The notes under the pieces are model-generated. The model made no database searches. It had not been told where the DNA came from and saw only the letters and a list, made by a program, of their open reading frames with translations. A DNA stretch of 64,000 bases, from positions 2,975 through 66,974 of IMG/VR virus record IMGVR_UViG_3300046476_000353; one strand, written 5' to 3'. Both the position numbers and the translations under genes were made by a program. Shown here piece after piece: positions 9,510 through 20,146 of the stretch. This stretch comes from a virus. Position 1 is the first letter of the stretch. Each line of letters starts with the position of its first letter.

Positions 9510-10297
9510 TGGTTGCCCCCAGCCGCGCGCTCCTTGCCGATACGGACGACCATCGCGCCGATCTGCTCCTCGGCGCCCACCTCGTTCGTGACGAGTGCAC
9601 CCAACTGCCGAGTAGCGCCCAGCTCGTGGTGGATCTGCCGCAGCCGCCCGGCGCTCGTCTGCGGGTGGCAGATCTCGTCGAGGTACTGCACCGCGGGCCG
9701 TACCGGGGTTTCCCCGCGCTCGACGTGCGAGGCGTCGGGGTCCTTGTCGTGCGTCGGCGTCAGACCGCCCGTCAGGAGCAGCACCCGCAGCGCCACGGAC
9801 TGCGCCTTCGCCGTGCCCTTGTCCGCGGAGTCCAGGGCCTCGCCCCGGGTCTTCAACAGGACGGGCAGCGTGTCGCCCTTCGGCCCCATGACCATCCACG
9901 AGACGGTCACGGTGCACTCGCGCATCTTGTTGCCCTTGGACGTGGTGGTGTCCCGGTGCTCCGCCTCGATGCCGACGGGAAAGATGTTGATGCCGTGCTT
10001 CAACGTGACAGGGCCGAAGGTGTTGACCACCGTGTCGACGCCGCGGAAGTTGAAGCGGGTGCCGCCGCCGTTGTACTGCTCGCCCTTGGCGATGGCGCGG
10101 ACTTCCTTGCGGACGCGGAGCCAGGCGAGGTGGACGGGCACCATCTCCGGGTCGTCTTCACCCGGCTCGTATCCGGCCATCGGGTCCGGCGCCGGGGCGT
10201 AGTCCTCAGCGGGCGGCGCCTCGTCGGCCAGCCGGTCGTGTGCTTCGGCGGTCAGGGTGCGGCCGGCGGCCGCAGCTGCGTTCTCGCGCAGTCCCAT
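9506..10297 (-). CDS. ERF-family ssDNA annealing protein
   Basis: FNFRGVDTVVN...GEALDSADKGTAKAQSVALR. Confidence 0.85.
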   Translation of the reverse strand: MGLRENAAAAAGRTLTAEAHDRLADEAPPAEDYAPAPDPMAGYEPGEDDPEMVPVHLAWLRVRKEVRAIAKGEQYNGGGTRFNFRGVDTVVNTFGPVTLKHGINIFPVGIEAEHRDTTTSKGNKMRECTVTVSWMVMGPKGDTLPVLLKTRGEALDSADKGTAKAQSVALRVLLLTGGLTPTHDKDPDASHVERGETPVRPAVQYLDEICHPQTSAGRLRQIHHELGATRQLGALVTNEVGAEEQIGAMVVRIGKERAAGGNQ

Positions 10298-10298
10298 G

Positions 10299-11441
<1,143 letters not shown>

Positions 11442-11442
<1 letters not shown>

Positions 11443-11714
11443 CAGGCGGTGCCGCCCTTCGTGCAGTAGGTGTAGAAGCGGCGGTGCGGCGCGTCGTGGA
11501 GGGTGAGGCGGCCGTCCGCGTGGAGGGCGGCGAGGTCGCGGCGCATGGTGACGCGGAGGATGTGGGTGGGCAGGTGCTTGCGGTAGAGGCGCTTGACCCG
11601 GCCGGTCGTCCACTCGCCGCCCTCGCGCCGGATGGCGTCGAGGAGGAGGGCGAGCCGGCCGGTGGGCCCGGAGGCCGGGGCGACACGCGCCCCGGCCTGC
11701 ACGGTGGTGGTCAC
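11442..11714 (-). CDS. Small winged-HTH-like protein
   Basis: LLDAIRREGGEWTT...TMRRDLAAL. Confidence 0.6.
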
Positions 11715-11989
11715 GGGCGGACCCCCTGAACTGGCGCCGTGAACCGGACTTGCAGCCGGATAGCGTCGTCGGTCATCTCCATCCGCGTCTCGAACCCGGC
11801 CGCAGGCATGTACGGGGTGCCGTAGACGGCGTCACCGATCGGATAGCCGGTGCGGATCCTGCGGGCTACGTCGCGGGCGGTCAGGCTGGACCGGTAGTCG
11901 TTGACCGTGACCCAGGTACCGGGCTGCTGGCGGGCCTCCCATGCGGACTTGGCGTGGTTGGCGCGGGGCCGACGCGCGAGGCGACTCAT
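11711..11989 (-). CDS. Hypothetical protein
   Basis: MSRLARRPRANH...; coupled ORF. Confidence 0.6.
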   Translation of the reverse strand: MSRLARRPRANHAKSAWEARQQPGTWVTVNDYRSSLTARDVARRIRTGYPIGDAVYGTPYMPAAGFETRMEMTDDAIRLQVRFTAPVQGVRP

Positions 11990-12216
11990 GCGGTCCGCCT
12001 GTCCTGCTGGCCCGGGAACGGGTGCTCGGCGCAGTGCTTGCCCGTCTTTGCGTGCGACGGGTGCCGCATCAACGCCCTCATCCGCGACGGCTGGTAGCCG
12101 TCCTCCATCGCGACCTCGTCCGCGATGTCCCACTGCTCGTGGGCCGCGCTCCGGATGCACTCCGGGAGGTGATCCGTCTCGTCGACTGCACCGCAGTCGC
12201 AGTTCGGCATCTGCAT
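11986..12216 (-). CDS. Hypothetical Cys/His protein
   Basis: MQMPNCDCG..H..C; coupled ORF. Confidence 0.5.
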   Translation of the reverse strand: MQMPNCDCGAVDETDHLPECIRSAAHEQWDIADEVAMEDGYQPSRMRALMRHPSHAKTGKHCAEHPFPGQQDRRTA

Positions 12217-12353
12217 CAGAGGTCGCCCCCGTAGTCGTTGTGGTCGTCGCCCGCGTTCCGGCAGCGGGTCGAGCAGTACGTCGTCCCGGACGGCACCGGG
12301 GTCGGGCACTCGGCACACGGCCGGGACACCGGCTGGATGCTGGGGTCAGACAC
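12216..12353 (-). CDS. Small Zn-ribbon protein
   Basis: Hand translation: CAECPTPVPSGTTYCSTRC. Confidence 0.5.
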   Translation of the reverse strand: MSDPSIQPVSRPCAECPTPVPSGTTYCSTRCRNAGDDHNDYGGDL

Positions 12354-12540
12354 GGGATGCCTCCGGCTGTGCGGTGAGGATGAGGAGGAAGGCGGCGGCG
12401 GTCAGCGGGAACTCCCGGACCACACGCGGCAGGAGGTGATCGGCGCGGGCGAGGCGCATCAGCGGCACGACGGTCACGAAGTACAGGCCGATGGCGATCG
12501 CGATGCAGGCGAGGACGTCGCCACGGGACTCATGCATCAC
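12346..12540 (-). CDS. Small membrane protein
   Basis: Hydrophobic segments; coupled ORF. Confidence 0.5.
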   Translation of the reverse strand: MMHESRGDVLACIAIAIGLYFVTVVPLMRLARADHLLPRVVREFPLTAAAFLLILTAQPEASRV

Positions 12541-13118
12541 CGGGCACCGTCCAGCGGGGGCAGGTCCCGACCCAGCCGGTACCGGTGCGCAAGCTCCCCG
12601 TCATGCGGGTCCTCAACCGCCGCACGCTGCCCCGCGAGGAGCGCCTGCATCGGCGTCACGTCGTCCTCACGCAGCGCCTGCACCGGAGCGATCGGCTGCG
12701 TGATCCCGTCCAACGGAGCAGCCAGCGGAATCCCGAAGATCTCGCGCAACTCTGACTGCGACACCGTGTCCTCGCTGACCAACCGGCCCTGCCGCCACGT
12801 CTGACCAGCGCGCAGACGCTCGGCCAAAGCCGCACGCTGCCCTTCCAGCACGGCGAGCCGGGACCGCAACGCCTTGTTCGTCGACTCCAGCCCGTCGATC
12901 CGGTCCCGGTTCACACGCAGCGCCTCGGCCGCGTCCTCCACCCACTCGTTCGTCGAGCGCCGCTCCTCACGCAGACGGACCAGCTCAGCCGCGACCTCCG
13001 GCGACATCAGCAGCCCCGCGGAGTCCAGCGCCATCGCGACACCCGCAGCCGTCTGACGACCCTGCTCCCACGCCGCCTGCACCACACCCGCAGCCGAGTT
13101 GACCGACCGGGCGTTCAT
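12537..13118 (-). CDS. Hypothetical coiled-coil phage protein
   Basis: 193-aa coupled ORF. Confidence 0.65.
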   Translation of the reverse strand: MNARSVNSAAGVVQAAWEQGRQTAAGVAMALDSAGLLMSPEVAAELVRLREERRSTNEWVEDAAEALRVNRDRIDGLESTNKALRSRLAVLEGQRAALAERLRAGQTWRQGRLVSEDTVSQSELREIFGIPLAAPLDGITQPIAPVQALREDDVTPMQALLAGQRAAVEDPHDGELAHRYRLGRDLPPLDGAR

Positions 13119-13447
13119 GCCGACACCGCCGTCTGCTCCGTCAGCGGACCGAACGCGGCCTCAACCAGCCGCAACGTCCACGGGTACGAGTCACCGACAC
13201 CCTGGTCACCGGGCTCAGCCGGCTCCGGGCACACGAGCTTCAACTCGCCCGCGCTGTCGGTCCCGTTCGGGACCCACACGTCACCGTCACGGTCGACGAA
13301 CACCGAGGCGACCGGCGCCTCGTGAAGAGGGAGAACTCTGATCTGGGATGATGCGTTCAAGGCGAACGCCTCGCTTTCTGGAATGAGTGGGGCTGACGCC
13401 GAGTCGGGGGTCGTCCGGGCCTGGCAGTCGGGACGGCCTCTCGGCAT
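13115..13447 (-). CDS. Hypothetical phage protein (start uncertain)
   Basis: VDRDGDVW...FGPL motif, recalled from Streptomyces phage proteins. Confidence 0.55.
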   Translation of the reverse strand: MPRGRPDCQARTTPDSASAPLIPESEAFALNASSQIRVLPLHEAPVASVFVDRDGDVWVPNGTDSAGELKLVCPEPAEPGDQGVGDSYPWTLRLVEAAFGPLTEQTAVSA

Positions 13448-13455
13448 GTGATGGG

Positions 13456-13644
13456 TCAGGCGGCGTCGGCCGCGGGCGCCTGTGGCTCCGCGATACGGAC
13501 CGAGGCGAACAAGGCCCGGAGGAACGCGATCTGCTCCGGGCGAAGGGGAGGAGCGGCAGCCGCGTTGCGCTTCGACTCGGCAACAGCCGCCGGGCCAAGA
13601 CGACGCTCAGCCTCCGCGCGGTTGAAGACCACGCCGGCGCTCAC
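13456..13644 (-). CDS. Hypothetical protein
   Basis: Coupled to the Cro-like gene. Confidence 0.55.
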   Translation of the reverse strand: MSAGVVFNRAEAERRLGPAAVAESKRNAAAAPPLRPEQIAFLRALFASVRIAEPQAPAADAA

Positions 13645-13940
13645 GCGGGGACCGCAGCGAGGTGGTCGTGGTCGTTCTCGGTGGGCGCCGGGTTGGCGCG
13701 GCCGCTGTGCTCCCAGACGACGAGGAGGTCGACTCCCAGCCGCTTGGCAATTGCCACTGCCTCGTCGTGGAGGGAGGTCTTGCGCCTGCCGTTGCGCAGG
13801 GCGTCGATCTTGCTGGGGTGGCAGTTGGCGGCTTCGGCGAGGTCGCGGACGCTGACTTCGCGGCCGTCGCCGGTTCGCTTCATGAGTTGGACCAGGAGGT
13901 CAGGGCTCACGAGGACCATGGGGTTCTGCTGTGGACGCAT
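13641..13940 (-). CDS. Cro-like XRE regulator
   Basis: SVRDLAEAANCHPSKIDALRNG HTH; first gene of the early operon, divergent from the repressor. Confidence 0.8.
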   Translation of the reverse strand: MRPQQNPMVLVSPDLLVQLMKRTGDGREVSVRDLAEAANCHPSKIDALRNGRRKTSLHDEAVAIAKRLGVDLLVVWEHSGRANPAPTENDHDHLAAVPA

Positions 13941-13950
13941 CTGTTCACCT

Positions 13951-14168
13951 CCGTAGACGGCTTGTGCGTTTCCGTGAACAAGACCGACAGTACACAGCCG
14001 TAGACAACTTGTCTACGGAAACGCACACGACATCAAAATTGAGTCAACGAGTCCGCTAGGGATGGCGTCCGCGAGGTGTTTGCGTAGACACTCTGTGTCG
14101 GAGCGTGAACGGTTGCGTTGGATGACCTGCTATTTAGCTCGGCGATCAAGAGCCGTACCGTAGACAAC
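13951..14168. promoter_or_regulatory. Immunity switch operators
   Basis: Perfect 21-bp palindrome CCGTAGACAA-C-TTGTCTACGG at 13998-14018; CGTAGAC half sites at about 13952, 14083 and 14159. Confidence 0.75.
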
Positions 14169-14207
14169 AGGCGTCACATCGAGGAGTGAAGAGGCAGAAT
14201 GCACGCC

Positions 14208-14624
14208 ATGGCTGAGCAGCGGACAGACTTCACCGACCTCTTGAAGAGCCGGCGTGCCGCCCTCGGGCGCAGCCTGCGTGACATGGAGGCGCGCTCCATT
14301 CACGAACCCTCCGGGACGCAGGCCAAGTTCGGCTGGCTGTCCAAGCTGGAGACCGGCAAGCCGGTGGACACGCCCAAGCCGGAGTTGTTGGAGGCCATCT
14401 CTGTTGGGTATGAGCTGCCGCTTGATGTCTTGAAGGCGGCTGCGGCGCGGCAGTTCCTCCTTTTCGACCCGGACTCGTCGGTCGTGTGGAGCGGTGACCT
14501 GACGACGCGAATCATCGTGTCGCACGCCGAGGAGATGAGTCCCGAGGACCGGCAGCAGCTCGCCGAGATCGCGGAAACCTTTGCCCGGAGGAAAGCTCAA
14601 CGTGAGGGCAAGTCGGACGATTAG
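14208..14624 (+). CDS. CI-like XRE immunity repressor
   Basis: LKSRRAALGRSLRDM...WLSKLETG..P..ELLEAI; divergent from the Cro-like gene. Confidence 0.8.
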   Translation: MAEQRTDFTDLLKSRRAALGRSLRDMEARSIHEPSGTQAKFGWLSKLETGKPVDTPKPELLEAISVGYELPLDVLKAAAARQFLLFDPDSSVVWSGDLTTRIIVSHAEEMSPEDRQQLAEIAETFARRKAQREGKSDD

Positions 14625-14774
14625 TACGACTTTCCATTACTCAGGGATTCACCCTGGTCACAGCGTGATCGGTGTGAAACAGTCGTGATCCGCCTGGGGG
14701 GCGCTTAGGGGTTACCTCGGCCGCACGTTCGAGCGCTGGAGCGATCGTGCGGTTGTGATCAGGGAGGCGACGCG

Positions 14775-15050
14775 ATGGCGGATGAGGACGCGGGTACCCC
14801 GCAGGACGGCGAAGAGTCGCAGACGTCGAGCGGGCATCGAGACAAAGACGCGCCACGGGCAGAGTTCCGGATGGAACTGCGGGACGACCTCCCCGGGGAT
14901 AGGGCGGTCATCGGAGTAGAACAGGAAGGCGAGTTCATGTGGCTCGCCTCGCGGAAACACGTGACGGAGCAGGCGGTCGACGAGTTCATGGACCAGCTCC
15001 AGCGGATCGTGCACAACGGCTGGTGGGTTCAGAACTGGCCCGGACGATAG
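14775..15050 (+). CDS. Hypothetical protein between repressor and integrase
   Basis: GGGAGG RBS; followed by a hairpin. Confidence 0.65.
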   Translation: MADEDAGTPQDGEESQTSSGHRDKDAPRAEFRMELRDDLPGDRAVIGVEQEGEFMWLASRKHVTEQAVDEFMDQLQRIVHNGWWVQNWPGR

Positions 15051-15080
15051 GCGCATTCCCCCCACGCGAGCACCGCCGAC

Positions 15081-15109
15081 AAGCCCGCAGGTCTGTGACC
15101 TGCGGGCTT
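15081..15109. terminator. Hairpin terminator
   Basis: AAGCCCGCAGGTC-TGT-GACCTGCGGGCTT, a perfect 13-bp stem. Confidence 0.7.
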
Positions 15110-15165
15110 AATGGTGTCCCTGACGCAACATGGGGGTCCCGAATAGCTGCGGAAGGCACCCTTAA
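15108..15165. other. Candidate attP
   Basis: Imperfect inverted repeat TTAAtGGTGtC...GgCACCcTTAA spanning about 58 bp directly upstream of the integrase. Confidence 0.35.
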
Positions 15166-15182
15166 AATGGGAGACTCTCGCC

Positions 15183-16823
15183 GTGACCCGCCAAGCCGAG
15201 AGCGCCATCCGTGTCGTCCGCCAAGTCGTCCGCTGCTTCATCTACGCCCGCATCAGTGAAGATCGCGAAGGCGCACACCTCGCCACCGAGCGCCAGACCG
15301 ACGACTGCACCGCACTCGCCGAGCAGCTCTCCACACCACAGGTCGAGTACCGCATCGTCGACGTCTTCGAGGACAACGACCTCTCCGCCTACACCGGCAA
15401 GCCCCGCCCCCGCTACAAAGCGATGCTCGCCGCGCTCCGCAACGACGAAGGTGACTGCGTCCTGGCCTGGCACACCGACCGTCTCCACCGCTCGCCCGTC
15501 GAGCTGGAGGAATACATCGACGTCTGCGGCCCCAAAGGCATCGACACCCGCACAGTCAAGGCCGGACAACTCGACCTGTCCACGGCCACCGGACGCATGA
15601 TCGCCCGACAACTCGGCGTCCAAGCCCGCTACGAAGTCGAGCGGATGATCGAGCGGTCGAAGCGCGCACGAGAACAGAAGGTCCAACACGGCGAATACGC
15701 CGGCGGCCCACGACCTCTCGGCTACGAGGCAGACGGCACCACCCCGCGCACCCTAGTTTGCCCGGACTGCGGGGAGACTGGGCCGGACGGATTCGCCGTG
15801 CGCCGCCAGTGCGACGGATGCGGTGCCGTCGACCGGTTCACCCGCAACCTCACCTGCCAAGGCTGCGAAGTGAAGGACACGCTGCAGGTCACTCACGTCT
15901 GCACCAGTTGCGGGGTGGAGGCCGGGTTCGAGGAGGGGTCTGAGGCCGCGGTCATTCAGGCTGCGGCCGAGGCGATCCTCGCCGGGGCGTCGCTGAACTC
16001 GCTGGCCCAGGAAATGGCCGCTGCCGGACTGGCGACCAGCCACGGCAAGGACCAGCGCGCTCCCAATCTGCGGGCCGTTCTGCTGCGCCCGCGGAATGCC
16101 GGGTTGATGAAACACAGGGGAGAGATCGTCGGCCGCGCCGACTGGATGCCACTCCTGGACGAGGCGACGTGGCGGAGTATGGCTGCAGTCCTCGAAGACC
16201 CGTCGCGGATCCCGTCGGCGACGAACGCCCGGAGGCACCTCGGCTCGAACATCTACAGGTGCGGGGTTTGCAAGGCCACGCTGAAGGCGTCGTCGAAGTC
16301 GAGCCGTCGAGGCGGTGGGACCCGGCCCGTGTACCGGTGCCGAGCCAAGGACTGCGTCACGCGGGATCTGCCTGACTTGGACGCCTACGTGATCATGCAG
16401 TTGATGGATCGGCTGACGAGGGAGGACGCCCGCGACCTGCTGAGCCCCCGCGAGGCGCCGGTCGACGTCCGCGCCCTCCAGGCAGAGATGCGGGCAGCGC
16501 GCCGACGCCTCGACGATATTGCCGCCGCGTTCGGCGCCGGCGAGATGGACCGCCAGGAGTGGCGTGCGGCGACTGGTCCGGCGCGGACCCGGTACGAAGC
16601 GGCTGAGAGCAAGATGAAGGCCGCAGTGAAGAAGAACCCAGCTGCTGACCTGATTGGTGCAGACGATCCGGTCGCGTTCTGGAACAGCTCGGAGTTCGAT
16701 CTGTCGCGGCAGCGGGCGAGCATCGACTACCTGATTGCGGTGACGGTGCACCCGGCGAGGAAGGGGCGCCTCCCGGGGGGCGGCTACTTTGATGGGTCGA
16801 CAGTGCAGGTCGATTGGAAATGA
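15183..16823 (+). CDS. int: Large serine recombinase (integrase) with an extra Cys-rich insertion
   Basis: YARIS catalytic Ser, DNDLSA..RPRY, DRLHR, recombinase domain, Zn ribbon CGVC..YRC..C, coiled coil. Confidence 0.95.
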   Translation: MTRQAESAIRVVRQVVRCFIYARISEDREGAHLATERQTDDCTALAEQLSTPQVEYRIVDVFEDNDLSAYTGKPRPRYKAMLAALRNDEGDCVLAWHTDRLHRSPVELEEYIDVCGPKGIDTRTVKAGQLDLSTATGRMIARQLGVQARYEVERMIERSKRAREQKVQHGEYAGGPRPLGYEADGTTPRTLVCPDCGETGPDGFAVRRQCDGCGAVDRFTRNLTCQGCEVKDTLQVTHVCTSCGVEAGFEEGSEAAVIQAAAEAILAGASLNSLAQEMAAAGLATSHGKDQRAPNLRAVLLRPRNAGLMKHRGEIVGRADWMPLLDEATWRSMAAVLEDPSRIPSATNARRHLGSNIYRCGVCKATLKASSKSSRRGGGTRPVYRCRAKDCVTRDLPDLDAYVIMQLMDRLTREDARDLLSPREAPVDVRALQAEMRAARRRLDDIAAAFGAGEMDRQEWRAATGPARTRYEAAESKMKAAVKKNPAADLIGADDPVAFWNSSEFDLSRQRASIDYLIAVTVHPARKGRLPGGGYFDGSTVQVDWK

Positions 16824-16824
16824 C

Positions 16825-16857
16825 CAGCGCCCCCAGCCCTGAAAGCTGGGGGCGCTG
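16825..16857 (+). terminator. Hairpin after integrase
   Basis: CAGCGCCCCCAGC-7nt-GCTGGGGGCGCTG. Confidence 0.7.
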
Positions 16858-17111
16858 CGGCCCGACCGTCGACCGCCTGGGGGGCAAGTCGAACGGTGGG
16901 CCGATCCGTGGGCCGATGTGAACGGCTGGTGAACAAAGCGTGTCGTGCGGGTAATGATGCGTTTGAGTGCAGCTCTATGCAACGTGCTGATCGTCACGCG
17001 CTTCGAACAAGCGTTTTACCTGCTCATGGGTGACGCGCCGGCTGGAACCTGATCTAGAGATTTACCACAGATGGTAAAGACATTCTCCCATGATCGTTCC
17101 AGCGTGGGTAG

Positions 17112-17345
17112 ATGCCCCTCGACCCCATGCCCGACTGGGTGCCAACCCGGCAACGGCAGATCGGGGAACGCATCCGCACCCACCGCCGCGCCGCCGGCCT
17201 CTCCCAAGGCCAGCTCGGCGAGCGCATCGGCCGCGACCACAAGACGATCCACCGGTACGAGACCGCGGCCACCCCGCCATCGCTGGTGGAACTGCTCCTC
17301 ATCGCCTACGCTCTCGACACCCCGCTCGCCGACCTCGTGCGCTGA
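17112..17345 (+). CDS. XRE HTH regulator
   Basis: IGERIRTHRRAAGLSQGQLGERIGRDHKTIHRYE; upstream palindrome TTTACCA-CAGA-TGGTAAA at 17061-17078. Confidence 0.85.
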   Translation: MPLDPMPDWVPTRQRQIGERIRTHRRAAGLSQGQLGERIGRDHKTIHRYETAATPPSLVELLLIAYALDTPLADLVR

Positions 17346-17584
17346 GCGGCCGCCCCCGCAGGGAACGACGACGGCCGCCCATCTACCCGTGCCCGGCACC
17401 GCCGCGCCGGGACCGGGAACCTACCGCCGCTGCCATGGGCGGTCATCCTGCGTCGACTGCCGCACCGTCCGCGCACACAGGTCCGCATGAAGGGAAACTC
17501 TCCCGCCCGGTCCCGACGCCTGCTCGATCTCCCACGTCTCATAGCGTTCGCCCGGCAGAATCGGCATCTCACAGCGCGCGCAGA

Positions 17585-17773
17585 TCATCGGCGTGGCTCC
17601 TTGCTAGTGGAGGGTGGGGTGGCGCGGCCTCCGTGGCAGCGGCACCCGCATTTGATCGTCATCAGTGGCGCCTCCCACGCGGGTGCACCGCGGCGCCGGA
17701 TGACGGCCGGGCCGTCGCACATGGCGTGCTCGGCGAGGCTGCACTCGGGGGTCGTCTCGACGGTCGTCACCAC
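17585..17773 (-). CDS. Small Cys/His protein
   Basis: C...H..C...CGCRCH. Confidence 0.5.
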   Translation of the reverse strand: MVTTVETTPECSLAEHAMCDGPAVIRRRGAPAWEAPLMTIKCGCRCHGGRATPPSTSKEPRR

Positions 17774-17964
17774 TGGTCGGCCAGCGGGATGAGTCGGCGC
17801 TGCTCGCGGCACGGCGCGCACGCGTACAGGGCTATGGGCGGGGCGCTGTTCCGCTCGATCGCGTCCACCAGGACCGCGGTCTCCGAAGGGCCCTTGTGCC
17901 AGTGGCACCACTGGACGGGCGCCTGCTCTGTGCGCGATGCCGAAGCGTGCGTAGGCTCTGCCAT
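17767..17964 (-). CDS. Small Zn-binding protein
   Basis: GGAG RBS; WCHWH...YACAPC. Confidence 0.65.
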   Translation of the reverse strand: MAEPTHASASRTEQAPVQWCHWHKGPSETAVLVDAIERNSAPPIALYACAPCREQRRLIPLADQW

Positions 17965-18119
17965 GTCGACTCCAACCAGTCGTCCACACCCCCGGGCCGG
18001 TGACACGGCCGCGGGGGTTTCTGATGCCTCTGACCGCCAACGCTACGCCCACTTGTCAGGGCATGTCATGTGACGTCACGTGACGAGAAGCATTGTCGTA
18101 TGCCCCCTACGGTCGATAT

Positions 18120-18365
18120 ATGACGTTGGATCTCGACGGACCTGAGCCTCTGTACGAGCAGATCGCCGCGATCCTCGCCGCCCGGATCACCGACGGGGAC
18201 TATCCGCCGAAGCGCCGCATCCCGTCCGAGGCGGGGATCGTCGAGGAGTTCGACGTGTCCCGGCCGACGGCACGCGCAGCGGTGCAGTTGCTCGTCGAGC
18301 GGGGCCTGGTCGTCACGGTGCGGGGCAAGGGCTCGTATGTGGTGGAGCCTCCGGCCGAGAGCTGA
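18120..18365 (+). CDS. GntR-family wHTH-only regulator
   Basis: PLYEQIA..RIPSE..EFDVSRPTARAA..GKGSYV. Confidence 0.9.
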   Translation: MTLDLDGPEPLYEQIAAILAARITDGDYPPKRRIPSEAGIVEEFDVSRPTARAAVQLLVERGLVVTVRGKGSYVVEPPAES

Positions 18366-18393
18366 CGTCCGCGGCCGCCCGTAGAATCAGGGC

Positions 18394-18573
18394 ATGCCCT
18401 CCGACCCCACCTGCTCTGGTTCCGTGCGGTCTGCTGCCCAGCTCAACGAGGACATACGCGCCCTCTGGCTGCGCGCCCGCGGCACCCTCACCCCAGCCGA
18501 GCGCGCCGAGTACGAGCAGCTGGTCACCGCGTGGGCGGACGCGGTCCGCACCGAGGTCGTCGAAGCCGCGTAG
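18394..18573 (+). CDS. Hypothetical 59-aa protein
   Basis: Hand translation: MPSDP..RSAAQLNEDIRALW..EYEQLVTAW. Confidence 0.6.
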   Translation: MPSDPTCSGSVRSAAQLNEDIRALWLRARGTLTPAERAEYEQLVTAWADAVRTEVVEAA

Positions 18574-18779
18574 CTACGGCTCCCCGCGTTCGGGCAGCCG
18601 CATAGCCTCCCGTGGAGAGGGACGGGAGGCGCGGCGGGCCCTGCCCCTCCCAAGACGGCAGGCCCCAGACGGTGAACCCGACCGTGGAGGGGATGGATCA
18701 CCTACGCACACCATGCACCCAAAACCAGCCACAGCAACAGATGGGTGCGGCCGAAAAATATCGTCCCTGTGACAGGCTC

Positions 18780-20144
18780 CTACGCAGTCGTCGAGTCCGT
18801 GACCAGCCCGAGCGTCGCCAACGCAGTGATCAGCGACGCGAGAGCCGCATTCCCGCCACGCGACCCGGTGACCGTCGGCCGCCCCGTCGGCGTCGCCCCA
18901 AAGAACCCAGCGGTGTTGGCCGTGCCGTCGAGGACATGCTTCGTGGCCCCGTACAGCGCGTCGACATACTCGACCTTCCCCGCCACCTGGATGTTCTGCG
19001 CATCAGCCGACAGCCGCAGATAGCTGCGCTGCGTCCCGTTGAAACCGGACCCGGACCAGTTGGAGAGGATCAGGTCCGTGCCCGTCGCCTCAAGGTCCAG
19101 GGACGATCCGTCGACGCGGAACCGGTACCCCTTGGTGAAGTCGGTGACGGTGAGGTTGCCGCCGGAGACCTGCGCGGGCCCGGCGACGTTGAGGCCGGCG
19201 AGGAACGCGGTCCCTTGCTCGATGGCCGAGACGCGGGTGAGGCAGTCCTGGACGAAGCCGTCGAGGTCGGTGACAGCACCGCCGAGGGTGGTGACGGTGC
19301 TGTTCGTCGTGCCGAGCGCTGTGAGTGTCGCGAACTTGTTGTCCGCGTAGGCCCGGTCGCCGTGCGAGTCGGTACCGCCCGCGTGGGCGCTCACCTTGCT
19401 GGCGGCGCCGCTCTGTGTCTCCAGCGCCGTGGTGTCGGCGATCCCGTGCACCGAGGTGGTGCTCGCGCTGTGTGTGCTCACCTTGCTGGTCGCATCCGAT
19501 GCCGCAGCACTGATCGCGGCAGCCTGCGCCGCATTCGCCTTCGTCGTCGCGTCAGACGCAGCCGTGCTGATCGCAGTCGACTGTGCAGCCCCCGCCTTAC
19601 TCGTCGCATCCGCGGCCGCCGTACTGATGGCCGCAGCCTGCGCCGAAGCTGCAGCGCCAGCCGCGTCGAACAGGGCAACGCTGCCGGCCGACAGGGTCGG
19701 GTCCGGGTACGTCCCAGCGAGTGCGCCGCCCGCGGGGCCAGTTGGCCCGGACGCTCCGCCATCCGCGCCCTGTGGCCCGCGGGGTCCGATGACGACGACG
19801 TAGTCGGTAGGGAGCGGCTCGACCTCCAGCACCGTCCCGAGGCTGACGTTCCCCGCAGAGGCGGGCAGGCTGATGTTGCGGGAGATCGGCGGCTGCCCGG
19901 TCAACGCCAGGTCCATCCGCCAGATGAACGGCTCGTCGAGGGCGTCGGTGGCGACGAGGGACACGTGAAGCCCGGACGCGCCGATGGTTGCGTTCTCCGG
20001 GCCGAGGTAGATGCCGCCCGGGTCGACCAGCACCGGCGGGACGGGCGTAAAGACGGCCGCGCCCTGCCGATCCGTGCCGTCCGGGGAGAGGGGCGGGAAC
20101 ACCGCGGTGAGCGTGACCGTGGCCACACCATCAGGCAGAGGCAT
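18780..20144 (-). CDS. Fibre/minor virion protein
   Basis: Beta-rich N-terminus, short collagen motif GPRGPQG, repeated AAISTAAxDATxKA, beta-rich C-terminus. Confidence 0.65.
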   Translation of the reverse strand: MPLPDGVATVTLTAVFPPLSPDGTDRQGAAVFTPVPPVLVDPGGIYLGPENATIGASGLHVSLVATDALDEPFIWRMDLALTGQPPISRNISLPASAGNVSLGTVLEVEPLPTDYVVVIGPRGPQGADGGASGPTGPAGGALAGTYPDPTLSAGSVALFDAAGAAASAQAAAISTAAADATSKAGAAQSTAISTAASDATTKANAAQAAAISAAASDATSKVSTHSASTTSVHGIADTTALETQSGAASKVSAHAGGTDSHGDRAYADNKFATLTALGTTNSTVTTLGGAVTDLDGFVQDCLTRVSAIEQGTAFLAGLNVAGPAQVSGGNLTVTDFTKGYRFRVDGSSLDLEATGTDLILSNWSGSGFNGTQRSYLRLSADAQNIQVAGKVEYVDALYGATKHVLDGTANTAGFFGATPTGRPTVTGSRGGNAALASLITALATLGLVTDSTTA

Positions 20145-20146
20145 CG

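Noticed and set aside
16860-17060. Possible tRNA or ncRNA in the gap after the integrase
   Set aside because: No cloverleaf or convincing structure was found by eye; more likely promoter or att DNA.
19480-19660. Tandem DNA repeats in 18780-20144
   Set aside because: Explained by the protein-level AAISTAAxDATxKA coiled-coil repeat.
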